64,000 nt of DNA. Source: Spirochaetia bacterium (GTDB lineage Bacteria; Spirochaetota; Spirochaetia; DSM-2461). Location of the stretch: positions 5,560,498 through 5,624,497 of the forward strand of contig OY764216.1 of the NCBI GenBank assembly GCA_963668315.1, in the 5' to 3' direction. Positions 39,510-51,399 of the stretch are shown here, one piece after another. The notes beneath the pieces are model-generated. The model worked only from the letters and a program-made list of their open reading frames with translations, had not been told where the DNA came from and did no database searches. The number at the start of each line of letters is the position of its first letter. Position 1 is the first letter of the stretch. The position numbers and the translations under genes are program-made.

Positions 39510-40169
39510 ATGCCAGCTTCCATTCTCCCGCGATGGGTCGACCGGATTCGCCCTTTGTTGGCGGTCCCGTTGGCCCTGGGTCCGCTCTACGTCGTCGGGC
39601 TGGCCTACTTCACGGGGTCTCCCAAAACCACCGACGTGGGATACACGCCGAAACAACCCGTGCCGTTCAGCCATGCACTTCACGCGGGTGATATGGGGCT
39701 GGACTGCCGCTACTGCCACACCACGGTCGAAAACGCCGCCCATGCCGCGATTCCCTCGACGGATATCTGCATGAACTGCCATACCCAAGTAGCGACCGGC
39801 AGCGAGAAGACCCGCCTCATTCGGGAAAGCGCCGAGACGGGCAAACCGATCCCCTGGGTCAAGGTCCACGACCTGCCGGACTTCGCCTACTTCGACCACA
39901 GCGCCCATGTGACACGGGGCGTCGGGTGCGTTTCCTGTCATGGGCGTGTCGACCGCATGGAGGAAGTGGAGCAGGTGAAGACCCTCTCCATGGGCTGGTG
40001 CCTGGAGTGCCACCGCAATCCGGAGCCGCACCTGGTTCCGCCCGACAAGGTGACGGACCTGGACTGGGCCCAGGTGATGGAACCGGAGAAACGTGACGAA
40101 CTTGGTGCCCGCTTGCGGGAAACCAACAACATCAATCCGTCGACCGATTGTTCGACATGCCACCGATAA
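39510..40169 (+). CDS. actA: Alternative complex III pentaheme cytochrome c subunit
   Basis: TM anchor; QPVPFSH; five CxxCH motifs (CRYCH, CMNCH, CVSCH, CLECH, CSTCH). Confidence 0.92.
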   Translation: MPASILPRWVDRIRPLLAVPLALGPLYVVGLAYFTGSPKTTDVGYTPKQPVPFSHALHAGDMGLDCRYCHTTVENAAHAAIPSTDICMNCHTQVATGSEKTRLIRESAETGKPIPWVKVHDLPDFAYFDHSAHVTRGVGCVSCHGRVDRMEEVEQVKTLSMGWCLECHRNPEPHLVPPDKVTDLDWAQVMEPEKRDELGARLRETNNINPSTDCSTCHR

Positions 40170-43100
40170 CAAAGCAAGATCAAACCAAGACGCATTGGCG
40201 AAGCCTGGCCGAATTGGCCGACGCTCCGGAGTTTCGCGCCTTCCTGGAAGCGGAGTTTCCCAAGAAGGCCGATCCCGAGGGGATAAGCCGGCGGCGTTGG
40301 CTCCAGTTGATGGGCGCTTCCTTGGCACTGGCAGGAACGGCAGGCTGCCGCTGGGAAAAGGAGGAAATCCTCCCCTTTGCCGAGCGACCGGAAGGGCGTG
40401 TGCCCGGTGTTGCGGAACGTTATGCCACGGCGATGGACCTTTCCGGCAACGCAACCGGTCTTCTGGTCACGGTCTACGACGGGCGTCCCATCAAGATCGA
40501 GGGGAATCCAAAACATCCGCAAAGCCTGGGGGCCACCGACTCGCTGGCTCAGGCCGCCATTCTCAACCTGTATGACCCGGACCGCAGCCGCCAGGTCATT
40601 CGCCGGGAATCGGCCGGAAGGGGCAGCGTCGCGAACTGGCAGCAATTCGACGCCTTTGCCAAAGAGCATTTTGCGAAGCTCGCGGAGTCCAAGGGCAAGG
40701 GGCTCGCGGTTCTCGCCGAAGCAGACAGCTCTCCGACGCTGGCGAGGTTGCGGGAGCAGTTCGCGGCCGCCTTTCCCGACGCAACGTGGCACGAATACGA
40801 GCCTCTTTCACGGGATAACGAGCGGGCAGGAACTTCGCTCGCTTTTGCACGCGCTCTGCGTCCGCAGCTTCATCTCGATCAAGCCGCGGTGATCGTGAGC
40901 CTGGACGCGGATCTTTTCGCCGACCATCCGTTGAGCTTGCGGTGCATTCGCGACTATGCTGGCAGACGTGACCCCTCAGGCGAAATGAACCGTCTCTACG
41001 TGGCCGAGAGCTGCTTCTCGATCACGGGCGCCTCCGCCGATCATCGCATCCCCGTTCGGTCCAGTCAGATCGCCGATTTCCTGAGGGCGATTGAAGCGGC
41101 CCTTGCGGGGAAGCCTCCCACGGGTGAACCGGACTGGCAGAAGTACGTGGCAGCCATCGTGGACGACTTGAAGCACCACGAAGGACACAGCCTGATCGTC
41201 GCCGGGCCGAGCCAGCCGCCCGAAGTTCATGGGGCCGTTCACCGTCTGAACGTGCAACTGGGGAACGTCGGCAACACGGTGACGTACACGGAAGTCCCCG
41301 ATCCGAAGCGTCCGAGCCATCTCGATGCCATCGGCCAGGTTGTGGAGCGGATTCAGTCGCAGGAGCTGGAAACGCTGCTCGTGCTCGGCGGCAATCCGGT
41401 CTACGACGCGCCGGTCGACCGCGATCTTGCGGTCGCCTACTCGAAGGTGCCCACTCGGATCCATTTGAGCCTGGACGACAATGAAACGTCGCGGGCTTCC
41501 ACCTGGCACCTGCCACGAGCCCATTTCCTGGAAGCCTGGGGCGATGCCCGCAGCCATGATGGGACCTACAGCATCATCCAGCCCATGATCGAGCCCCTTT
41601 GGGACGGAAGGTCTAAGATCGAGCTCCTGGCGAGCCTGCTCGGCCTGGAAGGCAGCGGCTATGACCTGGTTCGCGAGACGACACGTGAACTGGCGGGCTC
41701 CGATGGCTTTGAGACGAAATGGCAGGTCGCGGTTCACGACGGTCTGTTGAAAGACAGTCAATGGCCTGCCGTGGCTCCCAAGTTGATCGAAGCTGAAAAG
41801 ACATCCGTCGGAAACGAGCAGCCAGCCTCGGGCGAACTCGAAGTCGTCTTCCAGAGGGACGCTTCTGTCTATGACGGACGGTTTGCCAACAACGGCTGGC
41901 TTCAGGAACTTCCCGATCCCATGTCGCGCCTGACCTGGGACAACGCCGCATTGATCGGCCCCGCGACCGCCGAAAAGCTTGGGGTGGCCAGCGATCAGGT
42001 GGTTCGCGTGGAGGTTGCCGGCCGTTCCCTGGAGCTCCCCGTGTTCGTCATGCCGGGTCAGGCCGACGGAACCGTTGGGATCGCCCTCGGTTACGGACGA
42101 ACTGCCGCGGGCCACGTGGGCGGAAGCGATCAGCACAAGGTCGCGCCCGTGGGCGCCAACGCTTATGCCATACGGCCTTCCGGTTCGCCCTATTGCGCAA
42201 CCTCGGCCACGGTTGCGACAACGGGAAAGACTTCACCGCTAGCAACGACCCAGGACCATCATGCCATCGACGCGATCGCCGTGAAGGGCATGGCGGAACG
42301 ATTGGGACAGCTTGTCCGAGAGGCGACGAAGACCGAACTGGCCGAACATCCCGAGGTGATCGCCCACGCCCTCCACCTGCCGGGCGGCGTCGATGAAGAC
42401 CAGCTGCAGTCGATGTGGGACGAACACGAGTTCGATGGTCGCCGGTGGGGCATGTCGATCGACATGAACAAGTGCGTCGGCTGCAATGCCTGCGTGGTTG
42501 CGTGCCAGGCCGAGAACAACATTCCGGTTGTGGGCAAGGAACGGGTTCTGGAAGGGCGGGAGATGCACTGGTTGCGGATCGACCGTTATTTCCGGGGCGA
42601 GCCGGAGAATCCCTCGGTGAGCCATCAACCGGTGGGCTGCCAGCAGTGCGAGAACGCGCCCTGCGAGCAGGTTTGCCCGGTGGCGGCCACGATGCACACC
42701 AAGGAGGGGCTCAACGACATGGTTTACAACCGTTGCGTGGGCACCCGCTACTGCGCGAACAACTGTCCCTTCAAGGTTCGCCGTTTCAACTACTTCTACT
42801 ACCACGGCGATCTCGACAAGCCGGGGGCTCAAGTGGCCAAGATGGCCTTCAATCCGGAAGTCACGATCCGTTCGCGGGGCGTGATGGAGAAGTGCACTTA
42901 TTGTGTCCAGAGGATTCAGGCCGGCAAGATCGCCGCGAAGAACGAGGGCCGGGAGGTGCGCGACGGCGAGGTGCGTTCCGCGTGCCAGCAGGTGTGCCCC
43001 GCCCAGGCGATCGAGTTCGGGGACCTGAGCGATGCCGGCAGCAAGGTGACGGCCGCCCACCAGTCGAACCGGGCCTACGGCATGCTGGCCGAGCTGAACG

Positions 43101-43192
43101 TCAAGGCGCGAACCAAGTATCTCGCACGGATCCGCAATCCCCATCCGAGTTTGGACGATCAAGACCATGAGCAGCGGGGCCATCACGGCTAA
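40157..43192 (+). CDS. actB: Alternative complex III subunit B (TAT-variant molybdopterin-oxidoreductase-like domain + Fe-S domain)
   Basis: [50 protein letters not shown]; Fe-S motifs [44 protein letters not shown]. Confidence 0.93.
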   Translation: MPPITKQDQTKTHWRSLAELADAPEFRAFLEAEFPKKADPEGISRRRWLQLMGASLALAGTAGCRWEKEEILPFAERPEGRVPGVAERYATAMDLSGNATGLLVTVYDGRPIKIEGNPKHPQSLGATDSLAQAAILNLYDPDRSRQVIRRESAGRGSVANWQQFDAFAKEHFAKLAESKGKGLAVLAEADSSPTLARLREQFAAAFPDATWHEYEPLSRDNERAGTSLAFARALRPQLHLDQAAVIVSLDADLFADHPLSLRCIRDYAGRRDPSGEMNRLYVAESCFSITGASADHRIPVRSSQIADFLRAIEAALAGKPPTGEPDWQKYVAAIVDDLKHHEGHSLIVAGPSQPPEVHGAVHRLNVQLGNVGNTVTYTEVPDPKRPSHLDAIGQVVERIQSQELETLLVLGGNPVYDAPVDRDLAVAYSKVPTRIHLSLDDNETSRASTWHLPRAHFLEAWGDARSHDGTYSIIQPMIEPLWDGRSKIELLASLLGLEGSGYDLVRETTRELAGSDGFETKWQVAVHDGLLKDSQWPAVAPKLIEAEKTSVGNEQPASGELEVVFQRDASVYDGRFANNGWLQELPDPMSRLTWDNAALIGPATAEKLGVASDQVVRVEVAGRSLELPVFVMPGQADGTVGIALGYGRTAAGHVGGSDQHKVAPVGANAYAIRPSGSPYCATSATVATTGKTSPLATTQDHHAIDAIAVKGMAERLGQLVREATKTELAEHPEVIAHALHLPGGVDEDQLQSMWDEHEFDGRRWGMSIDMNKCVGCNACVVACQAENNIPVVGKERVLEGREMHWLRIDRYFRGEPENPSVSHQPVGCQQCENAPCEQVCPVAATMHTKEGLNDMVYNRCVGTRYCANNCPFKVRRFNYFYYHGDLDKPGAQVAKMAFNPEVTIRSRGVMEKCTYCVQRIQAGKIAAKNEGREVRDGEVRSACQQVCPAQAIEFGDLSDAGSKVTAAHQSNRAYGMLAELNVKARTKYLARIRNPHPSLDDQDHEQRGHHG

Positions 43193-44568
43193 CGATAACA
43201 CGGTCAGCGATCCGCGACACCGGGCGTCTCTCGTCACGGGGCAGCAGGACTACGCCTCGATTACGGACACGGTCTGCGGCATCGCCGAGAAGGAAAAAAC
43301 GCCGCTGGCGTGGTACGTGGCCTTTGCCGTCTCGTCCAGCATGACGGGGATTCTGTTCCTGTTGATCGGCTACCTGTTCATCACCGGTGTGGGTGTTTGG
43401 GGCAACAACGCGCCGGTCTTCTGGGGCTGGCCGATCGTGAATTTCGTCTTCTGGGTCGGCATCGGGCACGCGGGAACGCTGATCTCGGCCATCCTGTTCC
43501 TCTTCCGCCAGCAGTGGCGAACGAGCATCAACCGCTTTGCCGAGGCGATGACGATTTTTGCCGTGGCCTGTGCGGGAATCTTCCCCGGGATCCACGTGGG
43601 CCGCGTGTGGTGCGTTTATTGGCTGGCGCCCTATCCGAACCAGATGGAAATGTGGCCCAACTTCCGCAGCCCGCTGCTCTGGGACGTGTTCGCGGTGAGC
43701 ACCTATGCGACCGTCTCGGCCCTGTTCTGGTATTTCGGAATGATCCCCGATCTGGCGACCCTCCGCGATCGGGCCAAGAACAAGTGGCGTCGGTTGGCCT
43801 ACGGCACGTTTGCCCTCGGCTGGCGAGGTTCGGCCCGGCAGTGGCACCGCTACGAGCGGGCCTACCTGCTCCTGGCCGCCCTGGCCACGCCACTCGTGCT
43901 CAGCGTCCACTCGGTGGTGAGCTTCGACTTCGCCGTGGCCCAAGTTCCCGGCTGGCACACCACGATCTTCCCGCCCTACTTCGTGGCCGGGGCGATCTTC
44001 AGCGGGTTTGCCATGGTGGTCACGCTCATGGTGCCGGCCCGAGCCTTCTTCGGGCTCAAGGATCTGGTCACCATGCGGCACCTGGAGAATATGAACAAGA
44101 TCATTCTGGCCACGAGCTGCATCGTGGGCTATGCCTACGCGACCGAGTTCTTCATCGCCTGGTATAGCGGAAGCCAATACGAACTGTTCGCGTTTCTGAA
44201 CCGGGCCATGGGCCCCTACAAGTGGGCCTACTGGACGATGGTTTGCTGCAACGTGGTCGTGCCGCACCTGTTCTGGTTCAAGAAATGCCGTACGACCCCC
44301 TGGATCATGATGATCGTGGCGATTCTGGTGAACGTGGGAATGTGGTTCGAACGGTTCGTGATCATCGTCACGTCCCCTCAGTCGTGATTTCCTGCCCTCC
44401 AGTTGGGGTGAGTTTACCCCCACGCCGATCGACGTGGCCATGTTTCTCGGCAGCTTCGGCTTGTTCTTCACGCTCTTCCTGTTGTTCTGCCGCTATCTGC
44501 CTATGGTCGCCATGGCCGAGGTGAAGGCGGCCGTGTCGCACGACATCGAGGGCCACGGACATCACTAA
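43167..44568 (+). CDS. actC: Alternative complex III subunit C (NrfD/PsrC family), with a 1-nt insertion frameshift at 44374-44377
   Basis: [55 protein letters not shown]; after removing one C it continues [11 protein letters not shown]...[10 protein letters not shown] to TAA at 44568. Confidence 0.88.
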
Positions 44569-44629
44569 GGGGCGACCATGACCGAAACAGGACTTTGTGA
44601 ACGTACGAGGCAAACGGGCGGTTGACTCT

Positions 44630-45922
44630 ATGTCGGATCACGACCAGCAAAACACGACATCCTCGACGGAGACCCGGGTGGCCGCCGTGCTCGGCCAGTT
44701 CGAGTCGGCCGGGGCCTTGAAGACGGCCGCCGAGAAGGTCCGCGACGAAGGATACCGCAATTGGGACTCCCACAGCCCGTTTCCGATTCACGGAATGGAA
44801 CGGGCCATGGGGATTCGCCCCACGATCCTCCCATGGCTCGTTTTCGGGGCCGGGCTGACCGGAGCCGTCGTCGCCATGCTGCTCCAGTGGTGGACGAACG
44901 CCGTCGACTACCCCTTCTTGATCAGCGGCAAGCCCTACTTCAGCGTGCCCGCCAATATCCCGATTGCCTTCGAACTGATCATCCTGTTCAGCGCGCTCAC
45001 GGCCTTCGGCAGTGCCCTGGTTCTTAATCAACTTCCCCAGTTTCGCCATCCGGTGTTTGAGAGCGAGGCCTTCCGCCGAGCCACGTCGGACGGGTTCTTC
45101 ATTTCCATCGAAGCGGCGGATCCCAGGTTCGACGAGCAGAAGACGGTCGCGTTTCTGGAGTCGATCGGCGCCAAGGTGGATGTCTGCCGTGTTGCGGCGG
45201 AAAAGCCGGCCATTCCGAAGGCGATCCCGTGGGCGATTGTCTTCCTCGTGGCCCTGGCCTTCCTGCCGCCGTTGGGCGTGGCATGGTATCGGGCCTCGAC
45301 CAAACGGCTTCCCCGCATCCATCCGCTCCACGATATGGCCTTCCAACCGAAGTACAAAGCGCAGGCGGAAAACGACCTCTTCGCCGACCATCGCTCCATG
45401 CGCCCGCCCGTGGCCGGCACGATCGCCCAGGGGCAACTCATGCTGGATACGAAGTTCTTCCAGGGCAAGGACGCCGACGGCAACTATGTGACGGAACTGC
45501 CCCTCCCCGCCGACCGTGAACTCATGATGCGGGGCCGCGAGCGGTTCAACATCTATTGCGCCCCCTGCCACGGGCTCAGCGGTGGCATGCCCGAGGGACT
45601 CGGCGACGGCGGAGACCCGAAAGACTGGGACGGCATGGTGACCATCCGCGCCAGCGCCCGGGCCTTGACCGGCGACGGAACCTGGACGCCGCCACGGGTC
45701 CTGCACAGCAAGTATGTTCAGGATCAGCCCGATGGGAAGCTGTTTGAGACCATCACGGTCGGGGTGAACAACCAGGGGATCCAGACGATGCCCGGCTACG
45801 ACAAGCAGATCCCGGTCAAGGACCGCTGGGCGATCATTCTTTATTTGAGAGCGTTGGGACGCAGCCAGAACGCCTCCGAGGCCGACGTGCCCGAGACGGA
45901 GAGGGCGGCTTTAAGCGACTGA
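44630..45922 (+). CDS. actDE: Fused ACIII ActD (DUF3341) - ActE (monoheme cytochrome c)
   Basis: WDSHSPFPIHGM, YPFLISGKP, FELIILF (ActD); DMAFQPKYK, RPPVAGTI, RGRERFNIYCAPCHG, MPGY..DRWAII (ActE). Confidence 0.88.
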   Translation: MSDHDQQNTTSSTETRVAAVLGQFESAGALKTAAEKVRDEGYRNWDSHSPFPIHGMERAMGIRPTILPWLVFGAGLTGAVVAMLLQWWTNAVDYPFLISGKPYFSVPANIPIAFELIILFSALTAFGSALVLNQLPQFRHPVFESEAFRRATSDGFFISIEAADPRFDEQKTVAFLESIGAKVDVCRVAAEKPAIPKAIPWAIVFLVALAFLPPLGVAWYRASTKRLPRIHPLHDMAFQPKYKAQAENDLFADHRSMRPPVAGTIAQGQLMLDTKFFQGKDADGNYVTELPLPADRELMMRGRERFNIYCAPCHGLSGGMPEGLGDGGDPKDWDGMVTIRASARALTGDGTWTPPRVLHSKYVQDQPDGKLFETITVGVNNQGIQTMPGYDKQIPVKDRWAIILYLRALGRSQNASEADVPETERAALSD

Positions 45923-46017
45923 GAGGCCCTAATAAAACGAGTGAGTTTCCCACGGGCAGCGGCATACGCAACCTATGGGTGTCGTGGCGGCTCTAAGAAA
46001 CGGAAAACGGTAGAACC

Positions 46018-47244
46018 ATGCAGGATAGCGAGTCGGCAAGTCGAACGAGCGACGCCCCAGCTTGCCGTGTGTCGGCGTCCCGGGGGGTCAAGGTTGCCAC
46101 AACGCTCGGCGGGGCAGGCCTGGCCCTGGCCCTGCTGCTGGCCGTGGCCAGCGACGGCGGCCTGCGCCACTTCTACTACTCCTACCTGGCGAACTTCGCG
46201 TTCTATTTGAGTATTTCCCTGGGGGCGTTGTCGTTCGTGGCCCTGCAGCATGCCACGCGAGCCGGATGGAGCGTGACCGTTCGTCGTTTGAACGAAATCC
46301 TTGCGTCCAACATGCCGCTGCTGGCCGTCATGTTCATCCCCCTTGCTGTTTCGCTGTTCCTCCATTCGAGCGGGCCCTACGTGTGGGCCAATCCGGAAGT
46401 GATCGCGGAAAGCCCGGTCGTGCAGCACAAAACACCGTATCTGAACGTGCCCTTCTTCCTGGCTCGGGCCGTGATCTACCTGGGGCTCTGGATCTGGATG
46501 GCACGGTTCTTCTTCACGCGATCTGTTCGGCAGGATGCCACCGGCGATCCGAGTCTGACCGTGCAGATGGAGCGTTTCAGTGGACCGATCATTCTGCTGT
46601 TCGCCCTGACGACGACCTTCGCGTCGTTCGACTGGCTCATGTCGCTCCAGCCGGATTGGTTCAGCTCGATCTACGGCGTCTATTACTACAGCGGCGCCAC
46701 GGTGGGAGGCCTCGCCGCCGTGATCCTGGCGGCGATGTTCGCCCAACGGGCCGGGTACGCGACCGAGGCAATTACCACGGAACACTACCACGACATGGGC
46801 AAGCTGCTCTTCGGCTTCGTCGTGTTCTGGGGCTACATCGCCTTCTCCCAATACATGCTGATCTGGTACGCCAACATTCCGGAAGAAACGACGTGGTACC
46901 TGGCCCGGCAGAAACCGGCCTGGTTGGTCTTCTCGGTCGTGCTTCTGGTGGGCCACCTGTTCATTCCGTTCTTCGGAATGATCTCCCGAGAAGTGAAGCG
47001 GCGGAAACTCCTGCTGGGGTTCTGGTGTGTCTGGCTGCTGGCCTTCCACTGGCTGGATATGGTCTACCTGGTGATGCCCTCGTTGACGACCGACCATTTC
47101 CCCTTGGGGCTGATCGACCTGTGCCTGCTGGTCGGGCTCGGCGGTCTCTACGTGGGTGGCGTGTTGCGTGTGGCCCAAGGCGTGTCCGTCGTGCCCGTCA
47201 AGGATCCTCGTCTTGGCGAGGCGTTGGTATTTGAAAATCTGTGA
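46018..47244 (+). CDS. actF: Alternative complex III subunit F
   Basis: Polytopic; KTPYLNVPFF, DWLMSLQPDWFSSIYG, HYHDMGKLLFGF, FSQYMLIWYANIPEE. Confidence 0.9.
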   Translation: MQDSESASRTSDAPACRVSASRGVKVATTLGGAGLALALLLAVASDGGLRHFYYSYLANFAFYLSISLGALSFVALQHATRAGWSVTVRRLNEILASNMPLLAVMFIPLAVSLFLHSSGPYVWANPEVIAESPVVQHKTPYLNVPFFLARAVIYLGLWIWMARFFFTRSVRQDATGDPSLTVQMERFSGPIILLFALTTTFASFDWLMSLQPDWFSSIYGVYYYSGATVGGLAAVILAAMFAQRAGYATEAITTEHYHDMGKLLFGFVVFWGYIAFSQYMLIWYANIPEETTWYLARQKPAWLVFSVVLLVGHLFIPFFGMISREVKRRKLLLGFWCVWLLAFHWLDMVYLVMPSLTTDHFPLGLIDLCLLVGLGGLYVGGVLRVAQGVSVVPVKDPRLGEALVFENL

Positions 47245-47266
47245 GAGCGGGAGTGCGGCAACATCC

Positions 47267-47668
47267 ATGAGCGATCGAAGCGACATCAACGCCGTCCAAA
47301 TCAGCCTGATCGGAGGCCTCGGCATCGTGGTGACGGTCGTCCTGGCGTTGGCGGCAGCCGTTTCCTATTTCACGGTCGCTGCGCGGGTCAAGCAGTCACG
47401 CAGCGATGAGGCGGCCGTTCGGATTCAACACGAGGTCGACCAGATCAAGAGCGGCAAGCCGATGTCCGAGCCCTGGCTCAGCGCGGACCTCCAGCGTGCC
47501 ACCCAAGAGGTTCAGCTCGCCGGATACGCCCGCCGTACAATTGATCAGGACGACGGTTCCCAACGAATCGTCTACGCGATTCCCATCAACCAGGCGATGG
47601 AATCGGTTCTGAAAGACCAGCCTGGCTCCCACTCGCAGGGAGCACCTCCGAAGGAGGTTGGACCATGA
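47267..47668 (+). CDS. Small single-TM protein, ActG-like
   Basis: One TM helix; LAGY...YAIPINQAME C-terminal motif; lies between actF and SCO. Confidence 0.65.
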   Translation: MSDRSDINAVQISLIGGLGIVVTVVLALAAAVSYFTVAARVKQSRSDEAAVRIQHEVDQIKSGKPMSEPWLSADLQRATQEVQLAGYARRTIDQDDGSQRIVYAIPINQAMESVLKDQPGSHSQGAPPKEVGP

Positions 47669-48525
47669 GATATCTCGGAACAGGAACCGCGATTGCGACA
47701 ATCGTCCTCGTGCTCGCAACCAACGTTGCCGTACGCGGGGAACGGAAGGAAGCGGCCCCGGAAGAGATTCAGGACGTGGGCGTGGACGAGCACCTGGACG
47801 TCCAGCTTCCGCTGGACTTGCCCTTCGTGGATTCGAATGGGCAAAAAGTCCGATTGGGGGATTTCTTTGACGGGAAGACGCCGGTTGTCCTCACGCTGAA
47901 CTACTCGAACTGCCCCATGCTTTGCAGCCTGCAACTCACCGGACTATTTGAGGGACTCCAAGGTGTCGATTGGAACCTGGGAGACCAGTATCGAATGGTC
48001 ACCGTGAGCATCGACCCGGAGGAGAAGCCGGACCGCGCGGAGGCGACAAAGGAGAAGTACCTGACGATTTACGGGCGACCGAACGTAGCCGACGGCTGGC
48101 ACTGCCTGACCGGAAATGACGCGAACATCCACAAGTTGGCCGATACGGTTGGCTTCCGTTACGCCTATCTCCCCGAGACCAAGGAATACGCCCACGCGGC
48201 AGTCACGATGGTCTGCACTCCCGATGGCCGGATGTCTCGCTACCTGTACGGGGTCGAGTACCCTTCGCAGACGGTGCGGCTCGCCCTGCTGGAAGCCTCG
48301 CAGGGCAAGATCGGCACCACGATGGACAAGGTTCTGCTCTTCTGTTTCCAGTACGACGAAACCGCCGGCCGTTATGGTCCGTCCGCAGTCAAGATCATGA
48401 AGGCAGGCGGCGTCCTCACCCTTGTCTTCCTTGGAGGACTGTTGGGGATCTATTGGCTCCGTGAGTTGAGCAAGGCTCGCCATCCGGAAGCAGCGTCGGA
48501 AGGTAAGAGCCTTCCCCAAACCTAG
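47665..48525 (+). CDS. SCO family copper chaperone
   Basis: YSNCPMLC, VSIDPEE, YAHAA, SRYLYGVEY, LLFCFQYD. Confidence 0.9.
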   Translation: MRYLGTGTAIATIVLVLATNVAVRGERKEAAPEEIQDVGVDEHLDVQLPLDLPFVDSNGQKVRLGDFFDGKTPVVLTLNYSNCPMLCSLQLTGLFEGLQGVDWNLGDQYRMVTVSIDPEEKPDRAEATKEKYLTIYGRPNVADGWHCLTGNDANIHKLADTVGFRYAYLPETKEYAHAAVTMVCTPDGRMSRYLYGVEYPSQTVRLALLEASQGKIGTTMDKVLLFCFQYDETAGRYGPSAVKIMKAGGVLTLVFLGGLLGIYWLRELSKARHPEAASEGKSLPQT

Positions 48526-48558
48526 AATGCCGGCGTCCAGGATTTCAGGCGAAGTGAT

Positions 48559-49560
48559 ATGGTTGATTTTTCCGTGAACACCTTTTCGAGCCTCGCGGGG
48601 CTTCCGCTGGCGGACCTTTCCGGCGGTGGATCGTTCTGGCTTCCGCCTCCCGAGTCCGTGTCGGCCTGGGCGGTCGACAACGTGTTCTACTACATCATGT
48701 ACTTGTCCTACTTCTTCTTCGCCCTGATCTTCGCCGTGCTCGTGCTCTTCGTGGTGCGTTATCGGCGTCGACCGGGCGTGGAACCCGTCAAGACAGCGAC
48801 CCACAGCCTGACCCTGGAGGCCGTCTGGAGCCTGATTCCCCTGGGATTGGTGATCGTCATGTTCTACATGGGATTTGTCGGCTACGTGGAACTGCGATCC
48901 CCTCCTGAGCAGGCCTACGAAATCCTCGTTTCGGCGCGGAAATGGTCGTGGCAGTTCACCTACCCGGACGGAACCATGTCCACAGACCTCCACGTGCCCG
49001 TGGATGAGCCGGTGCGACTGGTCATGTCGAGCGAGGATGTGATTCACAGCCTTTCCATCCCGGCCTTTCGCGTGAAGATGGACGTCGTGCCGGGCCGGTA
49101 CACCCGGACGTGGTTCCAGGCCAAGCAGACGGGCAAGTACGACCTGTATTGCACCGAGTATTGCGGAACGGGCCATTCCGACATGCTTGCCTCGGTGGTC
49201 GTTCATGAGCCGGGCGATTTCGACGCCTGGCTGGCCAAGGCGGGCGACATCCTGGGCAACAGTGCCACTCCGGTCGAGGCCGGGGAGAAACTGTTCCGGC
49301 TCCACGGGTGCGGTTCCTGCCACTCCATCGACGGCACGCCCCGAGTCGGCCCGTCGCTCAAGGGGATCATTGGCGAAACGCACCAGTTCGCTGACGGCAG
49401 CAGCGCCAAGGTGGACGAAACCTATATCCGCCAGTCGGTGCTCGAACCGGGGGCCAAGATTCGGCAGGGCTACAAAAACCAGATGCCCACCTTCAAGGGA
49501 CGTCTCAGCGACGCAGAAATCACGGCCTTGATCCAGTATCTCAAGTCCCTCAATAACTAG
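48559..49560 (+). CDS. coxB: Cytochrome c oxidase subunit II with C-terminal cytochrome c (caa3 type)
   Basis: [22 protein letters not shown], CuA motif [17 protein letters not shown]...MPTF. Confidence 0.95.
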   Translation: MVDFSVNTFSSLAGLPLADLSGGGSFWLPPPESVSAWAVDNVFYYIMYLSYFFFALIFAVLVLFVVRYRRRPGVEPVKTATHSLTLEAVWSLIPLGLVIVMFYMGFVGYVELRSPPEQAYEILVSARKWSWQFTYPDGTMSTDLHVPVDEPVRLVMSSEDVIHSLSIPAFRVKMDVVPGRYTRTWFQAKQTGKYDLYCTEYCGTGHSDMLASVVVHEPGDFDAWLAKAGDILGNSATPVEAGEKLFRLHGCGSCHSIDGTPRVGPSLKGIIGETHQFADGSSAKVDETYIRQSVLEPGAKIRQGYKNQMPTFKGRLSDAEITALIQYLKSLNN

Positions 49561-49603
49561 GAAACGCTCCCCGCGGATCCCGATTTTCCAGATACGGAAT
49601 ACG

Positions 49604-51274
49604 ATGGCAACGACAGTCGACGGAAATATCGCAGACCTCCCGGCCGATCAGACGACGGTCAACTATCTCAACTGCGAACATGGGATCCGCTCGTGGGCCT
49701 TCACGCTCGACCACAAGCGGATCGGCGTGATGTACCTCATCTCGATCATGGCGTCGTTGGGCCTGGGCGGCCTGATGGCCATGCTTATGCGGGCCGAGTT
49801 GGCCCATCCGGGCCAGCAACTGTTCAACGAGAATACCTACAACCAGTTGTTCACTCTCCACGGCGCCGTAATGGTGTTTCTGTTCATCATTCCGGGGATA
49901 CCGGCGGCACTGGGAAACTTCGTGCTCCCCATCATGCTGGGCGCCAAGGACGTGGCGTTCCCTCGTCTGAATCTGGCAAGCTACCATCTCTGGGTCATCG
50001 GCGCCCTGTTCTTTATCCTGGCCCTGACCACCGGCGGACTCGACACCGGCTGGACCCTCTACGTGCCCTACGCCCTCCACAGCGACACCCGTGTTCTTAC
50101 GGCCGGCGTAGGAGCCTTCATCCTGGGCTTCAGTTCGATCTTCACGGGGGTCAACTTCGTCGCCACGATCCACACGATGCGGCCGCCGGGTATGACCTGG
50201 TTCAAGATGCCCCTCTTCCTCTGGGCCCTGTACGCCACCGCCATCATCCAGGTACTGGCCACGCCGGTGCTCGGAATCACGCTGCTCCTGCTCGCAGCGG
50301 AACTGCTCTTGGGAATCGGAATCTTCGATCCGACCCGAGGAGGAGATCCGATCCTCTTCCAGCACTTCTTCTGGTTCTACTCCCATCCGGCCGTTTACAT
50401 CATGATCCTGCCGGCCATGGGGGTTATCAGCGAAGTCATCCCCACCTTCAGCCGCAAGCATATCTTCGGATACCACCTTATCGCCTACTCCAGCGTGGCC
50501 ATCGCCCTGTTCGGCTTCCTGGTCTGGGGCCACCACATGTTCGTCAGCAGCCAGTCGCAGCTTGCCGCAACGATCTTCAGCCTCCTCACGTTCAGTGTTT
50601 CAATCCCCTCGGCCATCAAGGTGTTCAATTGGCTGGCCACCATGTACAAGGGCTCGATCGCCTTGGACACCCCCATGGTCTACGCCCTGTCGTTTATCCT
50701 CCTGTTCGGCATCGGCGGGCTGACGGGATTGTTCCTGGCCACGCTTTCGACCGACGTCCAGTTGCACGACACCTACTTCGTGGTCGCCCATTTCCACTAC
50801 ACGATGATGGGCGGGACCCTGATCGCATTCCTGGCAGGCCTCCATTACTGGTGGCCCAAGATGACGGGACGCATGTACAACGAGTTCTGGGGGCGTCTGT
50901 GCGCTGTGGGCATCTTCTTGGGCTTCAACCTCACCTTCTTCCCCCAGTTCGTCATGGGCAGCCGCGGGATGCCACGCCGCTATCACGACTACCCCGCCAA
51001 ATTTGAAATCTTCCACTTCCTGTCGACCATGGGCGCGTTCCTCATGGGAGTGGCCCTGTTGGGAGTGCTCCTCTACCTGCTGTATTCGCTCTTCAAGGGC
51101 CCCCGCGCCCCGGCCAATCCCTGGGGCAGCGCCACCCTGGAATGGACGTGCAGCAGCCCGCCCCCCAAAGAAAACTTCGCCGAAACCCCCACCGTCTCTG
51201 ACCCCTACGACTACGACCCCATCAAATACGACGCAGAAAAGCACTGCTACTATCGAATGACGAATGTCGAATGA
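49604..51274 (+). CDS. coxA: Cytochrome c oxidase subunit I, A2 type
   Basis: [26 protein letters not shown] (YS motif), [25 protein letters not shown]. Confidence 0.96.
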   Translation: MATTVDGNIADLPADQTTVNYLNCEHGIRSWAFTLDHKRIGVMYLISIMASLGLGGLMAMLMRAELAHPGQQLFNENTYNQLFTLHGAVMVFLFIIPGIPAALGNFVLPIMLGAKDVAFPRLNLASYHLWVIGALFFILALTTGGLDTGWTLYVPYALHSDTRVLTAGVGAFILGFSSIFTGVNFVATIHTMRPPGMTWFKMPLFLWALYATAIIQVLATPVLGITLLLLAAELLLGIGIFDPTRGGDPILFQHFFWFYSHPAVYIMILPAMGVISEVIPTFSRKHIFGYHLIAYSSVAIALFGFLVWGHHMFVSSQSQLAATIFSLLTFSVSIPSAIKVFNWLATMYKGSIALDTPMVYALSFILLFGIGGLTGLFLATLSTDVQLHDTYFVVAHFHYTMMGGTLIAFLAGLHYWWPKMTGRMYNEFWGRLCAVGIFLGFNLTFFPQFVMGSRGMPRRYHDYPAKFEIFHFLSTMGAFLMGVALLGVLLYLLYSLFKGPRAPANPWGSATLEWTCSSPPPKENFAETPTVSDPYDYDPIKYDAEKHCYYRMTNVE

Positions 51275-51373
51275 CGAATGTCGAAGGATGTGCGGAGGAC
51301 TCCGCGAACCCCGGATTTGGACCTTTCTTCTTTCGAATTTGTTTCGGATTTCGTTATTCGGATTTCGGATTTC
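51254..51373. repeat. Heptamer-periodic short tandem repeats
   Basis: cgaatga/cgaatgt x5 (51254-51288) and ttcggat/ttcgaat-like units (51331-51373). Confidence 0.75.
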
Positions 51374-51399
51374 AAACCCCGTAGACTTCCCCGTTCCAA

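Noticed and set aside
44385..44387. Selenocysteine UGA in actC
   Set aside because: Homology continues in a different frame, so this is a frameshift and not read-through
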